A program made the translations under genes and the position numbers. 41,747 bases of DNA. It comes from an uncultured Bacteroidales bacterium. Its GTDB lineage: Bacteria > Bacteroidota > Bacteroidia > Bacteroidales > UBA7960. The stretch spans positions 2,236 through 43,982 of the forward strand of contig CAYXIT010000017.1 in NCBI GenBank assembly GCA_964465275.1. Reading direction: 5' to 3'. The notes below the pieces were generated by a model that was not told where the DNA came from, did not search any database, and saw only the letters and a list, made by a program, of their open reading frames with translations. Positions 9,305 through 17,066 of this stretch are shown here, one piece after another (the first letter of the stretch is position 1; the number at the start of each line of letters is the position of its first letter).

Positions 9305-9802
9305 TCAACGCCACCAGTGCAATATGCCCAGAGCAATTATACCCAGTACAAGCATTACAATAATGGTAATAATTACTTTTCGACTACGTTTTAAAAGACG
9401 GTTCTCTCTTTTTATATGATTCTCAAAACTGATGCGGCGTAAAATATTACGAATACGCTCAACTGCGCCTTCTGATTTTACCACATAATCATAAGCTCCG
9501 AGTCTGATGGTTTGTGTGGCAACCTCAAGTTTATCAACAGAGGTAAGAAATACAACTTGTACATCATCATCCTGCCTTTTTATTTCTTTAAGAACATCCA
9601 TGCCATCTTTCTTGTCTTCTCCCAAAAGGTAATCAAGTAAAATAACGTCCGGCTTCAGGTGCATATGCTTAATACATTGCTCTCCGCTGGAAAACATACG
9701 TATGTTCATATAATTTCTTTTCTCAAGACTATGGCTCAGAACCTTGGCATAGGCTTCATCATCCTCCACAATAAAAATCAGTGTATAGTCAGGCTTATTC
9801 AT
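9305..9802 (-). CDS. orphan response-regulator receiver domain with a C-terminal transmembrane helix and no output domain
   Basis: Acidic pocket IFIVEDDE, putative phospho-acceptor Asp in DVILLDYLL, then FLTSV and YDYVVK. The protein ends in RKVIITIIVMLVLGIIALGILHWWR, a hydrophobic helix. Confidence 0.8.
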   Translation of the reverse strand: MNKPDYTLIFIVEDDEAYAKVLSHSLEKRNYMNIRMFSSGEQCIKHMHLKPDVILLDYLLGEDKKDGMDVLKEIKRQDDDVQVVFLTSVDKLEVATQTIRLGAYDYVVKSEGAVERIRNILRRISFENHIKRENRLLKRSRKVIITIIVMLVLGIIALGILHWWR

Positions 9803-10078
9803 ACACCCTTTTTAAATGATACTTTATATACGTTAACGAATTTAATACATTTTTTTAATGATATTTGGAATTAAAAAATAAAAACTTAACTTGCAGCCCG
9901 AAAACCAGAAATACATCCTTTCATCCCGATCCGAAAACAGCAAAAAAGTATTATATGAAATTTTTATGCAGACTGAATAAAAATAAGAGCATATATGTAC
10001 TGATTAACAGATTTTTACCTTTTTATTTAACCTGATTTTAAAAACAGGCAGATTCTTCTTCAATCCGCTTCGTATTTA

Positions 10079-10086
10079 TATATTTG
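10079..10086 (+). promoter_or_regulatory. candidate -7 promoter element (TATATTTG) for the cytochrome/sulfur operon
   Basis: Perfect TAnnTTTG match 97 nt upstream of the ATG at 10184, inside a 381-bp AT-rich divergent intergenic region. No convincing -33 TTTG was found. Confidence 0.3.
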
Positions 10087-10183
10087 CCTAATTAGATATG
10101 TTGGCAATATTTCATTGTATATGCATATAACAATCAATTAAATACCAACAGCTTAACCCTATCAGCAATATAATTTTAATTGT

Positions 10184-11761
10184 ATGAAGAATACCGTAAC
10201 ATTTATTCTTTCGGTTGTTGTACCCCTGGTGATTATTACTGTTGTATTACGGGATGCATCGCAGGACAACAAACTTCTGGCTGAATTGAAAGAAGAATAC
10301 AGCGAGCCGCACATTCCCAGTGTTGATCACAGCAAGCATGAGGTATTGCAACGTGATTTCGACAATCCCCATGAAATCACAGCCACATGTCTATCATGCC
10401 ATACCGAGCGTGGCGAAGAATTGCTCAACAGCTTTCATTTCACATGGGAAAGGGAAGATTTTATTGAGGGCAGAGGAGTAACATACCTTGGAAAGAAAAA
10501 CCTGTTAAATAACTTCTGCACAGGTATTTTCTCCAATGAATCTACCTGTAACCGCTGCCACGCAGGATATGGATGGGAAGATATGAGTTTTGATTTTACC
10601 AACCAGTACAATGTGGATTGCCTGGTTTGTCATGACAATACCGGTACCTATGAAAAACTAAGGGGTGGAGCGGGCTATCCCGAACCCAACCAGGATTTTC
10701 AAACCATTGTGCAAAATGTTGGAAGACCTACGAAAAGCAATTGCGGATATTGTCACTTCCACGGAGGCGGAGGTAATAACGTAAAGCACGGCGACCTTGA
10801 AGAAGCCCTGCTTACTGCTTCGCGCCAGGTAGATGTGCATATGGGCGTAGACGGTGGAAATATGGACTGTGTAGATTGCCATACAGCTACCAATCATAAG
10901 ATGCTTGGAAGATACTATGGTGTATCATCATCCGATACGCGGCGTGCAACCTGCGAGCAATGCCATACTGCAGTACCCCACATTGATAATATGCTCAATA
11001 CACATGTTGAAAAAATTGCCTGTCAAACCTGCCATATACCGGAATATGCCAAAGTTAATGCTACCAAAATGTACTGGGACTGGTCAACTGCCGGTGAACT
11101 GGAAGACGGAAGAGCTTTTGAACTTTACGATGAACAGGGTAACATCATTTATCAATCCATTAAAGGTGATGCTACCTGGCAAACCAATGTGGAACCCGAA
11201 TACCTCTGGTTTAACGGCACAGCTGATCACTTCCTTTTATCGGATAAGGTTGATACGACAGCAGCTTTTCTAAAGATCAATACACTTTTGGGAAATGCTG
11301 CCGATCCCAGGTCGCGTATTTACCCTGTTAAGGTACACCGTGGCCGCCAACCTTACGATCCTGTGCATCTTTCTATTTTACAGGCCAAACTCTGGGATCG
11401 TGAAGAAGGTAAAGGAGCACTCTGGCTCGACCTTGACTGGGAAAGAGCTCTGATTGAAGGAATGAAATACCTTGACAGACCTTACAGCGGGCAGTGGGAT
11501 TTCGTTGATACCGAGATGTACCTTCCGGTAAATCATATGGTTTCACCTGCCAGTGAAGCATTGCAATGCCAGGACTGTCATTCGCGTGAAAACGGACGTA
11601 TGCAGTTTGTTGAAGGAACTTACATACCGGGCAAAACTTCAAAGGCTGCAATCGACAATTTAGGTGTAGTGCTCATCATACTTTCATTTTTGGGTGTACT
11701 AACCCATGCTGTCATAAGATTTATTTCCTCAAAAAAACTGAAAGATTCAACTTCTGATTAA
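10184..11761 (+). CDS. octaheme c-type cytochrome, tetrathionate reductase (Otr) family, with N- and C-terminal hydrophobic helices
   Basis: Eight CXXCH motifs: CLSCH, CNRCH, CLVCH, CGYCH, CVDCH, CEQCH, CQTCH, CQDCH. Otr-like signatures are NNFCTGIFSNESTCNRCHAGYGW, CLVCHDNTGTY and CHFHGGGGNNVKHGDLE. N-terminal helix is FILSVVVPLVIITVVL; C-terminal helix is LGVVLIILSFLGVLTHAVIRFI, followed by KKLK. Confidence 0.85.
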   Translation: MKNTVTFILSVVVPLVIITVVLRDASQDNKLLAELKEEYSEPHIPSVDHSKHEVLQRDFDNPHEITATCLSCHTERGEELLNSFHFTWEREDFIEGRGVTYLGKKNLLNNFCTGIFSNESTCNRCHAGYGWEDMSFDFTNQYNVDCLVCHDNTGTYEKLRGGAGYPEPNQDFQTIVQNVGRPTKSNCGYCHFHGGGGNNVKHGDLEEALLTASRQVDVHMGVDGGNMDCVDCHTATNHKMLGRYYGVSSSDTRRATCEQCHTAVPHIDNMLNTHVEKIACQTCHIPEYAKVNATKMYWDWSTAGELEDGRAFELYDEQGNIIYQSIKGDATWQTNVEPEYLWFNGTADHFLLSDKVDTTAAFLKINTLLGNAADPRSRIYPVKVHRGRQPYDPVHLSILQAKLWDREEGKGALWLDLDWERALIEGMKYLDRPYSGQWDFVDTEMYLPVNHMVSPASEALQCQDCHSRENGRMQFVEGTYIPGKTSKAAIDNLGVVLIILSFLGVLTHAVIRFISSKKLKDSTSD

Positions 11762-11771
11762 TTTAACAGCC

Positions 11772-12503
11772 ATGGCAAAAAAAGAAAAAGTATATATATA
11801 TAAATCTTACGAAAGATTCTGGCACTGGACCCAGGCTTTTCTTGTGTTTTTTCTTGCATTAACCGGCTTTGAAGTGCATGGTTCCTTTACCTTCTTTGGA
11901 TTTGAAGATGCCGTTGACCTCCATAACAAGGCAGCCTGGGCATTTATCATTCTTACCATATTTACCATCTTCTGGCATTTTACCACAGGTGAATGGAAAC
12001 AATACATGCCCACTACAGAAAACCTGAGGGCGCAGGCAGAGTATTATATTTTTGGTATTTTCCGTAATGCTCCCCATCCTACACGTAAAACTGTACTCAG
12101 CAAACTTAATCCCCTGCAAAGATTGGTTTATCTTTCTTTGAAAATACTGGTGTTTCCGGTTATGATAGCCAGTGGACTGGCTTATATGTATTACCGGTTT
12201 TTCGGCCAGGGAGAAGTAAAACAACTGGGAATTGAAAGCCTGGAAAGAGTTGCCCTGGCACATACCATCGGGGCATATATTCTTATTGCTTTTGTTATTG
12301 TACATTTATATTTGATTACTACAGGGCATACGCTTACATCAAACCTGAAAGCGATGATTACGGGGTGGGAAGAACTGGAATCAGATGAGGGTGAAGTTCC
12401 TGAATCAGAAACATCTAAAGATCCTGTCGGAGAAAGAATAGATAAACCTGGTGATACTTCAAAAGTTAAACCAGATAGCTATGATGATAAAACGGAAATT
12501 TAA
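11772..12503 (+). CDS. membrane cytochrome b subunit (Ni/Fe-hydrogenase/thiosulfate-reductase b-type cytochrome family)
   Basis: About four TM helices with conserved His positions (ERFWHWTQAFLVFF, DLHNKAAW, LAHTIGAYILIAFVIVHLY). It starts 10 nt after the cytochrome c stop and has an acidic C-terminal tail. Confidence 0.75.
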   Translation: MAKKEKVYIYKSYERFWHWTQAFLVFFLALTGFEVHGSFTFFGFEDAVDLHNKAAWAFIILTIFTIFWHFTTGEWKQYMPTTENLRAQAEYYIFGIFRNAPHPTRKTVLSKLNPLQRLVYLSLKILVFPVMIASGLAYMYYRFFGQGEVKQLGIESLERVALAHTIGAYILIAFVIVHLYLITTGHTLTSNLKAMITGWEELESDEGEVPESETSKDPVGERIDKPGDTSKVKPDSYDDKTEI

Positions 12504-12519
12504 ACCAACTCACAAAAAC

Positions 12520-13767
12520 ATGAAAAGGTTTACAATCTTTACTGCATTGCTGGCAATATCCTTAGCAGCCGGCGCACAACTCTCACTTAATGCAGATATT
12601 AGCCCGCGTGCTGAACTCAGGCATGGATACAGAACCCTTCCCGGGCCCAATGATGAGGCAGCAGGTCATATAAACCAAAGAACCCGTCTGGGACTTGGTT
12701 ATGATGTTGAGAATTTTCGCCTGCATATTTCATTTCAGGATGTAAGAGTATGGGGGCAGGATCCTTTGCTTACAAACATCCCATCTCTGTCTGTTCATGA
12801 AGCATGGGCTGAGATGATGTTTAACAACAATCTTTCCCTGAAGATTGGCCGTCAGGAATTGAAATACGATAACCAGCGTTTTCTTTCTTTCAACGACTGG
12901 CAGGTATATGGGCGGAAGCATGATCTGGCTCTGCTGAAATTCAAATCCGATATATGGGAGTTACACGTTGCTTCAGCTTTCAACCAGGAATGGTCTGCTT
13001 ACACCCAACTTTTCGGAACTGATTATGATATTCCCAGTTATAAACTCATGAATTTTGTCTGGTATAACACCCGTCTTTCCGAAACAGCAAAACTATCGCT
13101 GCTTGCCCTGTTTGACAGTTATGAAAATCCGGGAAACAGTGAGCAATTAAATACAAGAGCTACGTGGTCAGCATATCTGAATATGGATATTGATGCTGTT
13201 AATCTTGTTTTTAACCCGGCCTATCAGCACGGAAAAAACCGTTTCGGCAATGGTATAAGAGCGTTTTATTTCAGACTTGAAGGAAGCATGGGTGTTGCTG
13301 ACAATGTAAGATCAACCCTGGGGATGGAACTTTTTTCAGGAAATGATTACACTGACCTTTCTGATGATACAAATCGTGCATTTGATCCATTATATGGTGC
13401 CGGGCATGCCAATGCCGGTTTTATGGATTACTTCACAAATATACCCGTGAATACTGCCGGTGCCGGTTTGGTGAATCCTTACCTGAAAAACCGCATTCGT
13501 CTGAACCCACGCACCGCGTTTAATGCTGATCTGCATTTTTTCTTCCTGCAAAACAATTACGTTCAGAACAACGAAACCATCAATAAATACCTGGGTACCG
13601 AAATTGACCTTACACTCAACTACAGGTTTAATGATTTTACAAATATAATCGGTGGATTTTCAACAATGTTCGGGTCAGAATCCATGGAAATAATAAAAGG
13701 GGGCAGCAAGGATGAGTTTGCTTACTTCATGTATGTAATGATGAGAATAAGGCCCAGGTTCTTATAA
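12520..13767 (+). CDS. outer-membrane porin, alginate-export-like beta-barrel
   Basis: The start was moved to the ATG at 12520, which gives signal peptide MKRFTIFTALLAISLAAGAQ. The track ORF start at 12451 would overlap the cytochrome b gene. It has beta-barrel-like alternating segments and ends in an aromatic-containing motif (MRIRPRFL). The family assignment is recalled, not verified. Confidence 0.65.
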   Translation: MKRFTIFTALLAISLAAGAQLSLNADISPRAELRHGYRTLPGPNDEAAGHINQRTRLGLGYDVENFRLHISFQDVRVWGQDPLLTNIPSLSVHEAWAEMMFNNNLSLKIGRQELKYDNQRFLSFNDWQVYGRKHDLALLKFKSDIWELHVASAFNQEWSAYTQLFGTDYDIPSYKLMNFVWYNTRLSETAKLSLLALFDSYENPGNSEQLNTRATWSAYLNMDIDAVNLVFNPAYQHGKNRFGNGIRAFYFRLEGSMGVADNVRSTLGMELFSGNDYTDLSDDTNRAFDPLYGAGHANAGFMDYFTNIPVNTAGAGLVNPYLKNRIRLNPRTAFNADLHFFFLQNNYVQNNETINKYLGTEIDLTLNYRFNDFTNIIGGFSTMFGSESMEIIKGGSKDEFAYFMYVMMRIRPRFL

Positions 13768-13806
13768 CCAGGAAATACAATTCAAACCAAATAAAAATAT
13801 TAAACT

Positions 13807-14892
13807 ATGAAACGTATACATTTTTTTCGTCTGGCATTATTGCTTCTCCTGATCCCGGTATTGCTGGTTTCCTGTTCAGAAAGACAAGCCCAAACCGAAC
13901 AGGAAAGTGAAATAAACGAAGTAGAAATCCTTTTGCAATATCTTGAGGAGAACGGAAATATTGTAAATGAACCTTCCATTCCTTTTTTTGTAAATGCCGA
14001 AGAGGTTCACAACAACATGAACGGATCCAACTATCATGTTGTGGATGTAAGGTCACCACGTGAATTCAAACGCGGTCATATTGAAAATGCCGTGAATGTG
14101 CAACCCGAAAATATCCTGGATTATTTTGAGAACAGAATTGAACCCAACAGCTTTGAAAAAATTGTTATTGTTTGTAACAACTCTATGCTTTCGGGTTATG
14201 TAACAGCAATTTTAAGAATGCTGGGTTACAATAATACCTTTAACATGCGTTTTGGCCTGAGTTCATGGCACGATGATATTGCACGCCGTGCATGGTTTGC
14301 GAATATTTCCAGTGATCTGGTGGGCAGGCTTGAAACCACACCCCATCCCAAAAATGATCCCGGCAGTCTGCCGGTAATTAATACCGGCAAGACCAGCGGA
14401 TACGATATCCTGAGAGAACGGGCCCTGGAAGCACTAAATATCAACTGGGATGATGTAAGCATCAATTATCTTGATATTATTGAGGAGGCAGAGAACTATT
14501 ATGTAATAAATTACTGGCCTCAGGCATTATATGATCAGGGACACCTGCCGGGAGCCATTCAATACAATCCCAAGAAATCATTTCACAGTGAAGAGGATAT
14601 TTTTACCCTACCTGTCGATCAACCTTTGGTGGTATATTGTTTTACAGGTCAAAATGCAGCCTATGCAAGTGCATTCCTTTCTCTGATGGGGTATGATTTC
14701 AGAAGTCTTGATTATGGTGCCAACAGCTTTATTCACGAAACCATGATCAATACCCAACCTGCTGGCAGGGCTTTTTCAGAGATTCATGTAAAAAATTACC
14801 CCCTGGTAAGGGACGGGCTCCTTCAACCTGCAGATCCCGCAGCTCAACCTGAAGAGAAAGAGGAGGTGGTTACGGCGCAGGGAGGATGCTAG
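13807..14892 (+). CDS. lipoprotein with tandem rhodanese domains and a C-terminal -AQGGC tail
   Basis: Lipobox LLVSC. Two rhodanese modules: HVVDVRSPREFKRGHIENAVNV...IVIVCNNSMLS and ...QGHLPGAIQY...VVYCFTGQNAAYA. A Pro/Glu-rich linker LLQPADPAAQPEEKEEVVT precedes the terminal AQGGC. Confidence 0.8.
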   Translation: MKRIHFFRLALLLLLIPVLLVSCSERQAQTEQESEINEVEILLQYLEENGNIVNEPSIPFFVNAEEVHNNMNGSNYHVVDVRSPREFKRGHIENAVNVQPENILDYFENRIEPNSFEKIVIVCNNSMLSGYVTAILRMLGYNNTFNMRFGLSSWHDDIARRAWFANISSDLVGRLETTPHPKNDPGSLPVINTGKTSGYDILRERALEALNINWDDVSINYLDIIEEAENYYVINYWPQALYDQGHLPGAIQYNPKKSFHSEEDIFTLPVDQPLVVYCFTGQNAAYASAFLSLMGYDFRSLDYGANSFIHETMINTQPAGRAFSEIHVKNYPLVRDGLLQPADPAAQPEEKEEVVTAQGGC

Positions 14893-14903
14893 GGAAGTAG
14901 AAT

Positions 14904-15118
14904 GGTTATTGGGTTAGTAAGTTATTAGGGTTTTAGTTTAATGAGTAGTAAAGGATTTAGCTGCAGAGCAGCGACAATATTTGTAATCATTTTCATTGCA
15001 CTAAAGTACTCAATGGATCTATTGCCTATTTGAAAAAAGCCAAAGAAGAAAACACTATAAAGAAAACCTAAATAACCCATTAACCCAATAACTCAATAAC
15101 CTAATAACTCAATAACCC
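14904..15118. repeat. inverted arrays of an 8-mer (AATAACYY) flanking about 140 nt; candidate long hairpin or MITE-like element
   Basis: The right arm has six tandem 8-mers at 15071-15118 (aataaccc attaaccc aataactc aataacct aataactc aataaccc), ending 6 nt before the ATG at 15125. The left arm, 14904-14932 (ggttatt gggttagt aagttatt agggtt), is the imperfect reverse complement. An inner 5-bp hairpin gctgc-aga-gcagc lies at 14961-14973. Confidence 0.7.
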
Positions 15119-15124
15119 ATACAT

Positions 15125-15679
15125 ATGCAAAATAAACCAACCCCAAACCGAGCCCCTGGCGAGCTCAGCGAAGCTAAACCCTTTATGAACCCATACCTGG
15201 CAGGTTTTCTGCTGGGACTGGTTTTACTGGCATCATTTGTTATAGTGGGTCGTGGCCTGGGTGCCAGTGGCGCCGCAAAGGATGTAATGGTAGCAGGAGT
15301 AATGAACGCAGCACCTGAATATGTTCAGGAGAAACCCTTCTATGAGCCGTATCTTGCAGCCGAAGAAAGCCCGATACGCTCCTGGCTGGTTTATCTGGCC
15401 ATTGGCGTGATTGTTGGCGGCTTTGTTAGCGGTGCCTCATCAAATCGTTTAGGATTTAAAATGGAACGCGGACCGCGCATCAATGCTCCTACCCGGGCAA
15501 TTTTTGCCCTTGCAGGCGGATTATTGTTCGGACTGGGTGCCCAGTTCGGCCGGGGCTGCACAAGTGGTGCGGCATTAAGCGGAATGGCGGTACTTTCTAC
15601 CGGCGGCATCCTTACCATAATGATGATATTTGGCAGCGGATACCTGGTCGCTTACTTTTTCAGGAGGTTGTGGATATAG
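15125..15679 (+). CDS. YeeE/YedE-family sulfur-compound transport protein, first half-channel
   Basis: About four hydrophobic segments with family motifs VGRGLGASGA and GRGCTSGAALSG. This second motif holds the only Cys in the protein. Confidence 0.8.
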   Translation: MQNKPTPNRAPGELSEAKPFMNPYLAGFLLGLVLLASFVIVGRGLGASGAAKDVMVAGVMNAAPEYVQEKPFYEPYLAAEESPIRSWLVYLAIGVIVGGFVSGASSNRLGFKMERGPRINAPTRAIFALAGGLLFGLGAQFGRGCTSGAALSGMAVLSTGGILTIMMIFGSGYLVAYFFRRLWI

Positions 15680-15680
15680 C

Positions 15681-15769
15681 GGAAGGCATGAAAAAAATGG
15701 GGTATCGAAATAAATCAAAATTTCGAAATTCGAAATTCGAAATTTAAACCCATGAATCCGAATGCCTCC
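15681..15769. repeat. 7-bp tandem repeat (TCGAAAT x3 plus one extra copy) enclosed by an imperfect inverted repeat
   Basis: tcgaaat occurs at 15723-15729, 15730-15736 and 15737-15743, with another copy at 15705-15711. The flanks can pair: ggaaggcat (15681-15689) with atgcctcc (15762-15769), and atggg (15697-15701) with cccat (15749-15753). Confidence 0.65.
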
Positions 15770-15817
15770 ATCATACTTAGATATTTCAGCAAAAAATAAT
15801 ATAAAACAAACAAACAT

Positions 15818-17047
15818 ATGGCACCTTTTATCCCCGAAGGATTAGTAAATCCCCAACTGAGTCTGTTCTTTGCCCTGGTACTGGGTATTGGTTTCGGTTA
15901 TGCGCTTGAACAGGCCGGTTTTTCATCATCACGTAAGCTGGCCGGTGTATTTTACGGCTATGACTTTGTTGTATTGCGTGTGTTTTTCACTGCAGGTATT
16001 ACAGCCATGATCGGACTGCTATTTCTCAGCTTTATGGGTTGGATTGATATGAGCCTTGTATATATTAACCCGCTTTATGTATGGTCGGCAATAATAGGCG
16101 GAGCCATTATGGGAGTCGGTTTTATACTGGGTGGTTATTGCCCCGGCACCAGTATTGTAGCTGCTACTGTGGGCAAAATTGATGCAATGCTTTTTCTGGC
16201 CGGCTCTGTAATTGGCATTTTCCTTTTCGCTCATTTTTACAGCATATTTGAACCCCTGCATATGGGGTATTTTGAAGGAAATCCATTTATCTATGAAACT
16301 TTTGGAATATCAAGGGCGTGGTTCGGATTCATTATGGTTATGATGGCAGTAATTGCATTTGCCGTAACCCAGCGTATTGAAGACAGGGTTAACAATACAC
16401 CTCCTGCTGTTATTGAGCAGCGCCCGTCATATATAATGCCCGGAATGTTGCTTATCATAGCTATTTTTGCGTTCCTTTTCCTTCCCGAGCAAAGAAAAAG
16501 CAATGCACGTGAAATACCGCCAGATCAATTGCATAGTATGCTCCAGGATGATAAGCGTTTTGTGGATGCTGAAGAGGCAGCGTACAAAATAATCAACGAA
16601 GACCGCAACTTCATTCTTATTGATGTGCGTGAACCCGAAGAGTTTGAAAGATTCTCACTCCCCGGTTCCGTCAATATTACCAAAGATGAAATATTGGGTC
16701 GCAGATACCGTGATTTCTTCAGTGATGCTCCACCTCACAGCAAAAGGGTATTCTATGGTTTTGGTGAGAGTGCTGCAGATCTGGCATGGACAGTGGCTGC
16801 ACGGGCAGGATTTGAAAATATATTTGTGCTGCAGGGCGGATTGAACGGAATGTTTGAGACCCTGTTCAATGGCAACGTGAAACCCGAAGATCATTTAAGT
16901 CTTGATGAAGAATTTGAAACAAGGTTCAGGGCCGAAGCAAGACGATTATTCCTTGAAGGGGAAGCCGTTCCAACTGAACCACAAACACCCGTGCCTATAC
17001 GCACAGTAATTGAATTAGAAACTCCTGGCGGAAGAGGAGGATGTTAA
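15818..17047 (+). CDS. YeeE/YedE second half-channel fused to a rhodanese-like domain lacking the active-site Cys, with a C-terminal -GRGGC tail
   Basis: The N-terminal part (about 225 aa) has about six hydrophobic helices and the motif GFILGGYCPGTS. The C-terminal rhodanese fold reads ILIDVREPEEFERFSLPGSVNI...RVFYGFGESAADLAW...VLQGGLNGM, with Gly where the catalytic Cys normally sits. A Pro-rich linker follows, and the protein ends PGGRGGC. It has only two Cys in total. Confidence 0.8.
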   Translation: MAPFIPEGLVNPQLSLFFALVLGIGFGYALEQAGFSSSRKLAGVFYGYDFVVLRVFFTAGITAMIGLLFLSFMGWIDMSLVYINPLYVWSAIIGGAIMGVGFILGGYCPGTSIVAATVGKIDAMLFLAGSVIGIFLFAHFYSIFEPLHMGYFEGNPFIYETFGISRAWFGFIMVMMAVIAFAVTQRIEDRVNNTPPAVIEQRPSYIMPGMLLIIAIFAFLFLPEQRKSNAREIPPDQLHSMLQDDKRFVDAEEAAYKIINEDRNFILIDVREPEEFERFSLPGSVNITKDEILGRRYRDFFSDAPPHSKRVFYGFGESAADLAWTVAARAGFENIFVLQGGLNGMFETLFNGNVKPEDHLSLDEEFETRFRAEARRLFLEGEAVPTEPQTPVPIRTVIELETPGGRGGC

Positions 17048-17066
17048 ACAACAAAATGATGATATT

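Noticed and set aside
9955-10035. 26-codon ORF (MKFLCRLNKNKSIYVLINRFLPFYLT) in the divergent promoter region
   Set aside because: It lies in AT-rich intergenic DNA, where short ORFs arise by chance, and nothing supports it.
12451-12519. Upstream extension of the porin ORF given in the track
   Set aside because: The extension overlaps the end of the cytochrome b gene and precedes a canonical signal peptide that begins at the ATG at 12520. The shorter form is more plausible.
14941-15033. 30-codon ORF (MSSKGFSCRAATIFVIIFIALKYSMDLLPI) inside the loop of the inverted 8-mer element
   Set aside because: It is hydrophobic and could be a small membrane peptide. However, it is short, has no recognisable start context, and sits within a probable repeat element. 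Without conservation or ribosome-profiling data I cannot support it.
15071-15743. CRISPR array as an explanation for the tandem 8-mers and 7-mers
   Set aside because: The units are 7-8 bp and directly abutting with no spacers, far below CRISPR repeat length. No cas genes are present in the window.
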